A DNA stretch of 64,000 bases from positions 105,192,651 to 105,256,650 of the forward strand of contig NC_068981.1 in assembly GCF_001194135.2 (NCBI RefSeq), written 5' to 3'. The notes under the pieces are model-generated. The model had not been told where the DNA came from and did not search any database. It was given only the letters and a program-made list of their open reading frames with translations. Numbering within the stretch: position 1 is the stretch's first letter; the number at the start of each line of letters is the position of its first letter. Source of the stretch: Octopus bimaculoides. Taxonomy: Eukaryota. Made by a program: the position numbers and the translations under genes. Shown one piece after another: positions 11,857-22,139 of the stretch.

Positions 11857-12258
11857 CTCACTCATTTACTTATTTACTTGTTTCAGTCATTTTGACTGCA
11901 GCCATGCTGGAGCACCGCCTTTAGTCGAGCAAATCGACCCCAGGACTTATTCTTTGTAAGCCTAGTACTTATTCTATCGGTCTCTTTTGCCGAACCGCTA
12001 AGTTACAGGGACGTAAACACACCAGCATCGGTTGTCAAGCGATGTTGGGGGGACAAACACAAACACACACATATATATATATATATACATATATACGACG
12101 GGCTTCTTTCAGTTTTCATCTACCAAATCCACTCACAAGGCTTTGGTCGGCCCGAGGCTATAGTAGAAGACACTTGCCCAAGGTGCCACACAGTGGGACT
12201 GAACCCGGAACCATGTGGTTGGTAAGCAAGCTACTTACCACACAGCCACTCCTGCGCC
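11857..12258 (-). mobile_element. SINE family A, full length, young-looking
   Basis: Complete head GGCGCAGGAGTGGCTGTGTGGTAAG to tail; CpGs retained. Confidence 0.9.
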
Positions 12259-12323
12259 ATGTACACTAATTTTATATACATATAGATGTATGTAAATATA
12301 GTTATGTGCATATATGTACTTAC

Positions 12324-12366
12324 TTGCTTGTCTGGTCCTCATTAATCACTCCAGATGTTACAGAAA
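12324..12366 (-). CDS. CEP162: CEP162-like micro-exon, 43 bp, phase 1->2: SVTSGVINEDQTS
   Basis: Acceptor tgtttttcag, donor CAA|gtaagt; phase matches 9918-9973. Confidence 0.75.
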
Positions 12367-12574
12367 CTGAAAAACATATAGTATTCTTTGTTGATGATAG
12401 AAATAATGCATTGCCTCATTCTCTTTATTTCTAATTATCCACTGAATGAAGAAATGAAGAAATTATATTTGGTTCTAACTATATCACTAACATATCAAAT
12501 TAGTAGGATCTTCATTTTCTGCAATACATAAATACTAAGAGTACAAATGATACAAAGTACTTGGATGATATAAG

Positions 12575-12790
12575 CTACTTTCTGGCAGAATCATTAGCAT
12601 GCTGGAAAAAATGCTTAGCAGCATTTCTACCAGCTTTATGTTCCAAGTTCAATCTCCACTGAGGTCCATTTTGTCTTTCATCCTTTTGGGGTCAATAAGA
12701 TAAATACCAGTTGAGCAGTGGGGTCAATGTAATCAACTTGCCCCCACCCACTCAAAATTTCAGGCATAGTGGAAAGGATTACTATTCTTG
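12575..12790 (+). mobile_element. SINE family B
   Basis: CTGGCAGAATCATTAGC...AGTTCAATCTC...CATCCTTTTGGGGTCAATAA. Confidence 0.75.
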
Positions 12791-13628
12791 TTTTTATTAT
12801 GTAGGATGTTGCACAGTATCCAATATTGTAATGTTGTAGATTGAAGGTATTATGTGTACCAGAGATTATACTGTCTGTCAAGTCACAACAAGGACATCAG
12901 ACAGACAGTACTTTATGCAGTTCCAAGTGAAGCCAATTTTTGATCAACAGGCCACTTGCATTTGCAAGCACACTGCGTATTTTGAGTAGTAAAGGGACCA
13001 CAACCAGGTGGAGTCTGGTCTTCCACTCCATTGTTCTCTGAGGGGCCCCTGCTAGGTGCAGGAGAGCTGGTGTCTTGGACACCCAGGGGAGTCTTCCTGT
13101 TCACACTATTATTTGGATTGGTATGTTAGCATCATTGCAATGAATGAGAATGATTTTCTACAAGGTTTGCTCTCCGGGTATGTTAAGTTGAGGTTTTCAT
13201 GTAAAGGGTCACCCCAAATACAACACCAACTCTAACTTGGTTGTCAGCCAAGGCTTAGGGATACCATCATCATTGTTATTATTACTTCATTTTTGTAGAT
13301 TTTCAAGATTCTATAATGCGAATTTGTATGTCAAAACAAATTTTGGTGAAAGTAGAGTCTTACGCCAATATACTTAACACACGTACTGGTTCAATTCCAC
13401 TCCTTTATTAGACCAATTGACTGGTCAAAATCTATTCAACTAATCAATAATTTATTTAACTTAGTTAAACAGTAAATCAGTTTTTTTTTTTTTAACCAAT
13501 TGACTTATAATAAACGAGTAGAAATAAACCAGCTCATGTGTTATTAATGCTGAACATTGATGTAATGACTCTTACTAGATACAACAAAATTATTATTACT
13601 ACTACTACTACTACTACTACCCTATAGC

Positions 13629-13870
13629 AAGGCGGCAAGCTGGCAGAATCATTAGTATACCAGGCAAAATGTTTAGTGGTATTCAGTTTGTCTTTAAGTT
13701 CTGGGTTCAAATTCCGCAGAGGTCAACTTTGCCTTTCATCCTTTCAAGGTCGATAAATTAAGAACCAGTTGAGTACTGGGGTCAATGTAATCGACTAGTC
13801 CCCTTCCCCCAAACTTTCAGGCCTGGTGCCTATAGTAGAAAGGATTACTACTACTACTACTACTACTGCT
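13629..13870 (+). mobile_element. SINE family B flanked by (CTA)n
   Basis: AAGGCGGCAAGCTGGCAGAATC head; (TAC)n tail; (CTA)n also upstream. Confidence 0.85.
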
Positions 13871-14644
13871 GCTGCTACTGCAGCACAACCAATAAAACAG
13901 TTTACATGCATTACACTCTTGGCAATAACATCTGCTAATTTCACCAACAGGCACTTTTGTAATGTCTTCATTTTTTGGGGGGGTGAGTGGGGGTGAGTAA
14001 AAATGAAGTTTTATTTTTAGAACTAAAATATGAAAACATGCAAGTGAGAGGCATCAATAGTTTCAACTAACTAGAAAAAAGCTGAAATAAAATTTAAACT
14101 GTGTGAGATGAGCAACAATTGGCATAATTGTCCTGTTGTATAAGTAATATGCATCATCTTATTTACACTGCTATGGTCAACGATAGAGAATACCATAGCA
14201 AGTTATCATATATATATATATATATATAGTTATGGTATATTATGCTAAGAACATAGTAGAGTACAGCATAAAGCTCATCCACCTTCAGATTTCACCCTGT
14301 GCTATCCAGTAGTAGTATTATACATACTTCCAGGTTTGTGTTTGGGCCTCTGTTGTGTATGAATAGATAATTGCAATGATCCTTCAGCAACAACACACCT
14401 TTGATAAACTCAGTTGCTACTATTAACTCCAGACCATGACAGACAGAAAAGATGCTCTTGAATCCAAGAATTTGAACTTACAGAGATAATATTTACATAT
14501 CACCTGAGGAAACAAAACTAGATCTCATAATGCAAGGAAACAGTTACGTAATCAAGTACCTGAACACCTGGAAAACTATGCTGCATAGAAACAATTGTAG
14601 TGATTGAAAATAAATGTCCAACCATACTCCTTCTAGTTGACTTC

Positions 14645-14701
<57 letters not shown>

Positions 14702-14721
14702 CACATATACATATACATATA

Positions 14722-16040
14722 TCATCATCAGCATCGTCGTTTAACATCTGCTTTCCATGCTGGCATGAACCGGACCGGTTTGACAGAGTGCTGACAAGCC
14801 AGAAGGCTACATCAGCCTCCAATCTGATCTGCCAAAGTTTCTACAGCGGGATGCCCTTCCTAATGCCAACTACTCCGAGAGTGTAGTGGGTGCTTTTTAT
14901 GTGCCACCAGCACAAGGGACAGTCAGGTGGTACTGGCATGGACCACAATCGAATGGTGCTTTTTACGTACCACCAGCATGACACCAGTCAGCTACCAGTG
15001 GCATCGACCATGCTCAAATGATGCTTCTTATGTCCAACTTTTCTCTCAGGGCACTTACACTGTCGTGTATGCACACTGACATTAAACATCCAGCAAACCA
15101 TACTAGCTTAATTCCTTGCAAGCTTACACATGTCCTCAGCAGTCATGGACCATGTTTCACTGCCATGTAGCATGGCTGTTCGCACACATGCGTCATACAG
15201 TCTGCCTTTTACTCTGAGCGAGAGGCCCTTTGTCACCAGCCAAAGTAGGAGCTCTCTGAACTTTGCCCAGGCTATTCTTATTCTAGCAGCTACACTCTCA
15301 GAGCATCCACCCCTGATACTCACTTGGTCACCTAGGTAACAGAAGCTATCAACTATTTATAGTTTTTCCCCCTGGAATGTGCAGAAGCAGTTTTCTGCAC
15401 ATTTTCAGTGTTTATTGCCCTTGAGCATTTGCCACATACAAAAATTATCTTCCTAGTTAGCCTTCCTTTGATATTGCTGCACCTCTTATGTGTCCATAGC
15501 TTACATCAGGTACATCTTATGGAGTTTCTACCTACGTCTTTTCTACAGATCGAGCAGGGCTATCTACCTGAAGGGATTTGTGGTTTGTCTGCCTTCCTAC
15601 TTATTAGGACTTCGGTTTTTGCTAGATTAACTCTAAGGCCCTTCAATTCTAGACCTTGCTTCCACACCTGAAACTTCTCCTCTAGTTCTGATAGTGACTC
15701 AGCTATTAGAGCAAGGTCATCAGCATAGAGAAGCTCCCAGGGGCATCCTGTCTTGAATTCCTCTGTTACTGCCAGGAGGACTATGATGAATAAGAGGGGG
15801 CTGAGTACTGATCCTTGGTGGACCCCTACCCCTACCGGAATTCTTCACCGTACTCATTGCCAACCCTCACCTTACTGACAGCATCCCTGTACATGGCTTG
15901 TGCAGCTCTTACTCATCTATCCCTAGGTTCCACATTGACCATCAGATAAGGAATCAGATAACCCTGTCAAAGGCTTTCTCCATGTCAATGAAAGCCAGGT
16001 ACAGAGGTTTATCTTTGGCTAGGTATTTCTCCTGCATTAT
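14722..16040 (-). mobile_element. RTE LINE 3' half (RT, PHD-like insert, thumb), internally deleted to the 3' tail
   Basis: RYLAKDKPLYLAFIDMEKAFDRV...VHQGSVLSPLLFIIV...WELLYADDLALIAES...GLRVNLAKTEV...GRLYDACVRTAMLHGSETW; (GAT)n tail at 14722. Confidence 0.92.
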
Positions 16041-16107
16041 ATTTATATATATAGGTATGTTGGTGTAAACAGGAAAAATAAAACTCAAATATGAGTATAT
16101 GTACATT

Positions 16108-16233
16108 TTTATTAATATTTAGCAGAAGTAATGGAGTGACTCAAGGCTTGAGAGTTTCATGTGTTGGCACTTCTCAATAAGTGCCAATGCATGAAACCCT
16201 CAGACCTCCATTATTTCTGCTAATATTAATAAA
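16108..16233. repeat. ~125-bp imperfect palindrome (MITE-like hairpin)
   Basis: Outer arms TTAATATT(T)AGCAGAA.TAATGGAG and inner arms TGAG.GTTTCATG..TTGGCACTT with their reverse complements; loop CTCAAT. Confidence 0.8.
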
Positions 16234-16344
16234 TATATATATATATATATCTTTAACAAGAATTGTAATGACAGTGACTCCAAAATTTCAGCCAGCTAAG
16301 CCATCATCAGTACTCTACCAGATGTACTCCTTCAATTTAATATA

Positions 16345-16640
16345 AGTGGCTTCATGGTTAGGGTATTTAGCAAAAGATCATAAGGTTGTAAGTTCAATTC
16401 CCAGCAGCACATTTTGTCCTTGAACATGACACTTTATTTCATGTTGCTCCAATTCACTCACCTGAGAAAAATGAGTTGTACCTGTATTGCAAAGGCCCAG
16501 CCTTGTCACATTCTATGTCATACTGAATCTCCTTGAGAACTACATTAAAGGCACTCAGCCACTTGCACATCAATTTCACGAGCAGGCTGTTCTGTTGATT
16601 GGATCAACTGGAACCCTCGTTATCATAAGCAACAGACTGC
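16345..16640 (+). mobile_element. CORE-type SINE family C
   Basis: CORE-like GACACTTTATTTCATGTTGCTCCAATTCACTC and tail GGCTGTTCTGTTGATTGGATCAACTGGAACCCTCG, shared with 44345-44700. Confidence 0.75.
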
Positions 16641-16769
16641 TAGTTATAATTTAATGTAAAATTGTTTTTATTATAACATAAAAACAATCATTTACATATA
16701 TATATATTTGACAGGAAGGACAACAAAAGACAGAAAGAGACCTCAATATTATGCAAATAGAAAAATTCA

Positions 16770-16847
16770 TCTATAAAAATATGTGACACTTATTCAGACT
16801 TGGAGTTTTGTCATGGCTACTGAATAAGTGTCACATATTTTTACAGA
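16770..16847. repeat. 78-bp hairpin with 28-bp arms
   Basis: TCTATAAAAATATGTGACACTTATTCAG versus the reverse complement of CTGAATAAGTGTCACATATTTTTACAGA; one mismatch. Confidence 0.85.
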
Positions 16848-16912
16848 CATATATATATATATATATATANNNNNNNNNNNNNNNNNNNNNNNNNNNNNNN
16901 NNNNNNNNNNNN

Positions 16913-16950
<38 letters not shown>

Positions 16951-17161
16951 GAGAGAGAGAGTCAGTAGATGAGATCCAAAGTCTGCTCTGTTAATATATA
17001 AATATCTATATATTCATACATTAATGTTCAACTGAATATTTTCAGTCATTGTTTCTTCTCTATTTACATGTATATATGTATGCATATTTTATGTATCTAG
17101 TCTAAGCAGTGTATTTGTTTATCTGGATCAATATGTCTTTCTCTCTCTCAATATATATATA

Positions 17162-19273
17162 CAGAGTGCAATGGGTAAATTGTCATCATTTTATATTTTT
17201 AACTTCACACATGTGCATTGTTTGTTTTTGATTTTGTCAACTACACAGTATAGCAGGGTCAGTTGGGCACCATCTGTGAGAAAAACAACACCACGATGCA
17301 ATTCACTCTGCCATAAATTTGGGAACGAAATGCTGTACTGCTCTGCATTCATGCCAGAGACTCCAATACGAACATTTCAGAGTGTTTGGGTGTTGATTTG
17401 AGGACTGCAGAGGATTTGGAAAGAGTTGGATGAGTCTAATGGTAATTATGAAGGTGTTTGGAGCGATCACTAGTGATGGCGACATTATGCCTCCATTCAT
17501 CTTCCCACATGGTGTCAGACTCAACACATAGGCCTACACCAAGTGCCTGGAGGAGGTAGTGCTGCCCTGGTCAACAGGCTGGCTGCTGGAAGACCCTATG
17601 CCCGTGGTTCCCAAACTTTTTAGAGACACGACCCACTATTTATGACACCAGTTTATGGTGACCCACTTAACTCTACTGGGTAAAAACATTAATGAAAGAA
17701 ACAAATTTATTTCAGATTACATTTTCATTGAGGCCTGTGAGAAGGATGAGCCTGTTTCTTGCTACGCTCAATAATAGAATTAACATCAGGTTCAATGTGT
17801 GATAGTTTCAGCTGTAAAAAATTTGAGAGCTGCAGTTTATTTTGAAATTTGCTTTTAATCCCAACCATTGCTGAAAATCCAGCTTCACAATTATAAGATG
17901 ACGCAAAAGGGAAAAGCACTTTTAATGCTTCGGTGGAAATGATTGGGTATGGGGTTTGAAGAGACACCCAGAACTGTACCAATTTTCGGGTGTTAAAGGT
18001 CATTTTCAAGGAAGAGTCTTCGGATAAATCGATAAGTTCCTCATCAGCTTTTGTTGATATTCCAGTCGTCACGTCAGGTTGAAAGGGGTTCATAATCTAT
18101 CTTTTCTGTTGCATAGTATTCATCTCTTCATGAAAATAAAATTCAAAACTTTCTTTTAGCTTATTCAAGTGTTCAGATATCTCAATGATTATACCATCAT
18201 CAACTTTTGCTTCATTCTCCATTATAAAGGGTTCAAATCATGCGTCACTCTATAATTAATAATAAGCATCATTTCAATCGATATGCTGTTATTCAAACCG
18301 TTTATCAGATAGACTCTATTGATCCATCAACCATCTAGCTGCTGTCTATTCCAATCATTTCATAGGCTACCTCCTGGTGATCACTCCTATACTTTTTTGA
18401 ATAATTTATAAACTTATTAGTGAAATCCATACTGTCTTATTTATTTAAATTTTTTACTATTTATATTAAATGTAACACAAAACGTTTTATAACTGTTTCA
18501 ACGTCTCCATACCCTATGGGCAGGTATTAACTCTAATACAAAACCTAGAAGCAGTAACTCTTATCAGCTCGATCAGTGTTGTACTGCGCCTAGTTAAAGT
18601 TCTCTATAAATAGGTAAAAACAGACTTTTCCTTTTTACGATTACGTACGAATAAATAACTTGAGAAAATGGCCACCTCTGATTTGTTAAGTTCGTGAAAA
18701 AAGTCTACTGCTTGATAAAACAACCAGTCTGATATTGAAAACATGAGTCTTGAACTATCTCAATAGACAGCAGTTAATCAAAGCTAATGTGTCATTTTAT
18801 AACTTTTTGCGACCCACTAGGATTCCGTTCGCGACCCATCTGTGGGTCACGACTCATAGTTTGGGAACCACTGCCCTATTCCATACAAGTAGGAGAACCT
18901 AGTCATGGCTGCCAGACAATTTCTGTGACCACATCATACCCTAACATTTGTCCCTAAACGGCAATCCCCTTGATTATTATGTGTGGGGTGCAGTTGAGCG
19001 AGAGACCAACAAAACTCCTTGTAACACCAAAGATGAACTGAAGGCAAGGATTATGGAAGCATTCACCAACTTAAACAAAGAGACCATCCAGAAGAATTGC
19101 AGGAGATTCTGAAGTCATCTGGAGGCCATGGTTGAAGCCAATGGTGATTTTATTGAATAAATTTACTCTTTAATATTTTTATGCAATTTTGGTAAATATA
19201 TCTGTTAAAATGGGATGCCAGTGTTATTTTCATTTTTGCGTAATTTAAATGAGAATTTATTCATTGCACACTG
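17162..19273 (+). mobile_element. Tc1/mariner (maT/DD37D-like) element, deleted derivative, with nested hAT
   Basis: TIRs CAG(A/T)GTGCAATG..TAAATT with TA flanks. Remnant VFGAITSDGDIMPPFIFPHG...GRPY / NPLDYYVWGAVERETNKTPCNTKDELKARIMEAF. The second catalytic D is lost, so the spacing cannot be counted. Confidence 0.85.
17602..18873 (-). mobile_element. hAT (Charlie/Buster-like) deleted element, 1272 bp
   Basis: TIR C(A/C)GTGGTTCCCAAACT at both ends; 8-bp TSD ccctatgc/ccctattc; C-terminus FWVSLQTPYPIISTEALKVLFPFASSYNCEAGFSAMVGIKSK...QAHPSH. Confidence 0.92.
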
Positions 19274-19545
19274 TACATATGGTGGTTTTTTACTCCTTAA
19301 GCAGAGCCTGACCACCTCTTGTACTTACACCTTAGATCCATCATGGTGTCTGATGTGACTTTTTAAACCAACAATGTATTGAAAAGAGACCCACATAGAT
19401 TGCACGTCTGATTTGGACCACCAAGTTCTGGTCTTTGTCATGTTTAAGATCTAGTTCAAATTCGAATCATTCATTTGCACAGCTAGTGTGTACTGCTGTT
19501 TTATTGGGTAATTAAAATTACTCTTCTTACCTTTATTTGCACAAC

Positions 19546-19652
19546 TTGCACTGCTTGAATGCCTTCATTTGCACTGCTTGAATGCCTTCATTTGCACTGC
19601 TTGAATGCCTTCATTTGCACTACTTGAATGCCTTCAATTGCACTGCTTGAAT
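19546..19652. repeat. 23-bp minisatellite, ~4.7 units
   Basis: TTGCACTGCTTGAATGCCTTCAT repeated almost perfectly. Confidence 0.95.
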
Positions 19653-20139
19653 GTCCAGTGATAGAAAAAGAGCATCCATTTATAAACACATCTGCTCCTT
19701 CATTTATTTGCTTAACATCTGCTTTTCTATGGTAACATAAGTTAGAAAGGGACTATTTCTAGGTAGCATTTTATTGCTAGACACCCTTCCTATCACCATC
19801 TCTTACCTGTTTTTCAAGTAAGGGATTTTTTTTTATACCACTGGCCTTCAAAAGTACAGAGTGGCCAGTTGTTATGTCAAGAAGGAATATAAACATCATT
19901 TCACACAGACAATAACAAGCAAAACTGTTGATTGTCAAAATTTTCACACATTTGCACAAATACATACATATACATACTACATGTATCAGGAATGGCATCC
20001 AGTAGTAGAAAACATGCGAAATCAGACATTGGAGCACAGTGCAGTCCTTAGCCCCCACTGAATCCTGTCAAACTATCCATCTCACGTCAGCATAGATGAG
20101 AGACATTAAAAGATGATGATAATATATAATACAATGGGA

Positions 20140-20295
20140 TTCCATATAACTTCCATTTGCCAATTACATCCAAGAAGCATATGTTAGCTCAAGGTTGTAG
20201 CAGAAGACACTTGCCCAAAGCAATGTGCAGTGGAACTGAACCTAAAACCAGAGGGTTGAGAAGTGAACTTCTTAACCATACAACCATACCTGTGG
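20140..20295 (-). mobile_element. SINE family A 5' half
   Basis: GTAGCAGAAGACACTTGCCCAA...GGAACTGAACC. Confidence 0.65.
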
Positions 20296-20479
20296 CTTTT
20301 GTCACTGACAACTCATATATATACACGAATGTTTGAATTTTCAAAAAGTGTAGCAGCTTTATTAGAAAAGAGGAAATAGAAATAACTGCACAAGTATTGC
20401 CATATTTTGTTTATCAAAGACAAATAATAATAGTCAAGAAGATCTATATTCAAGAAGATCCATCTGCCACAATAGAATT

Positions 20480-20694
20480 GATGCTGGTACTGGTGCCACT
20501 TAAAAAGCATCCAATACATTCTGTGGAGTGGTTGGCATTAGGAAAGGCATCCAGCCATAGAAACCATGTCAGAACAGACAATGAAGCCTGGTGCAGTCCT
20601 TAGTCTTACCAGCTCCAGTAAAATGTCCAACCCATGCCAGCATGGAAAAGAGGCACCAAATGATGATGATAACTATGATGACGGCAGACGATGG

Positions 20695-20728
<34 letters not shown>

Positions 20729-20765
20729 GGTGGTGGTGGTGGCAGCAGTGGTGGTGGTGGTGGAC
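20480..20765 (+). mobile_element. RTE-type 3' tail with (GAT)n/(GGT)n microsatellite
   Basis: GAGTGGTTGGCATTAGGAAAGGCATCCAGC...CCAACCCATGCCAGCATGGAAA. Confidence 0.7.
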
Positions 20766-21479
20766 ACCATAAAGATTTTGTCTACCTATTTACTGTTTCT
20801 GCCTTTAGANNNNNNNNNNNNNNNNNNNNNNNNNNNNNNNNNNNNNNNNNNNNNNNNNNNNNNNNNNNNNNNNNNNNNNNNNNNNNNNNNNNNNNNNNNN
20901 NNNNNNNNNNNNNNNNNNNNNNNNNNNNNNNNNNNNNNNNNNNNNNNNNNNNNNNNNNNNNNNNNNNNNNNNNNNNNNNNNNNNNNNNNNNNNNNNNNNN
21001 NNNNNNNNNNNNNNNNNNNNNNNNNNNNNNNNNNNNNNNNNNNNNNNNNNNNNNNNNNNNNNNNNNNNNNNNNNNNNNNNNNNNNNNNNNNNNNNNNNNN
21101 NNNNNNAAATGGTTTCATCCACAACACTTGTGCTTTTCAAAGAAGTATTACTGTAAACAAGTCACCAGTTCTCATCCTCCCAATCATCTGAGATTTGATG
21201 GGGGGGGGGGGGTTAAAGTAAGATTGAGGCCCTAAACCCCTCTCCTCCACTCACTCTGTCCAATCCACTTCACTTATATCTTCCACCCTGTAACTCCAAT
21301 ACATCTTCATCAACATCTTCAGTTTCTCTCTCTCTCTCTCTTCCTTTCCTTTTTCAATTGGGGCAGAAATGTAACTCCTCCATTGCAAGACACCTGCTTC
21401 TATCCCTTTATCATATTCTAACCTCTCATCACCTGACACAAAGCACTCTCTTTAAATCCTACCCTTTCTTCAGTTGAAG

Positions 21480-21690
21480 GGGTCTTGTCTTGCAAGTCAC
21501 TTGGTGACCTCACTGGTGCTGATGCCATGTAAAAAGCACCCACTACATTCTATAAAGTGGTTGGCATTAGGCAAGACATCCAACTATAGAAACCATGCCA
21601 AAGTAGATATGAGAGCTTGGTGTACTCTTCTGATTTGCCAGCTCCTATCAAAGCATTGCAGCATAGAAGATGGATATTAAATGATGATGG
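21480..21690 (+). mobile_element. RTE-type 3' tail
   Basis: TAAAAAGCACCCACTACA...GTGGTTGGCATTAGG...GATGATG. Confidence 0.65.
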
Positions 21691-21691
21691 T

Positions 21692-21730
<39 letters not shown>

Positions 21731-22139
21731 NNNNNNNNNNNNNNNNNNNNNNNNNNNNNNNNNNNNNNNNNNNNNNNNNNNNNNNNNNNNNNNNNNNNNN
21801 NNNNNNNNNNNNNNNNNNNNNNNNNNNNNNNNNNNNNNNNNNNNNNNNNNNNNNNNNNNNNNNNNNNNNNNNNNNNNNNNNNNNNNNNNNNNNNNNNNNN
21901 NNNNNNNNNNNNNNNNNNNNNNNNNNNNNNNNNNNNNNNNNNNNNNNNNNNNNNNNNNNNNNNNNNNNNNNNNNNNNNNNNNNNNNNNNNNNNNNNNNNN
22001 NNNNNNNNNNNNNNNNNNNNNNNNNNNNNNNNNNNNNNNNNNNNNNNNNNNNNNNNNNNNNNNNNNNNNNNNNNNNNNNNNNNNNNNNNNNNNNNNNNNN
22101 NNNNNNNNNNNNNNNNNNNNNNNNNNNNNNNNNNNNNNN

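Noticed and set aside
16270-16316. Minus-strand CTGATGA...GAAA...GTC hammerhead-like spacing
   Set aside because: Stem II and stem III depend on several G-U pairs and stem I mismatches at the first position; consistent with chance.
20591-21235. Poly-Asp/poly-Gly ORF
   Set aside because: Translation of the (GAT)n/(GGT)n tail of an RTE fragment plus an N gap.
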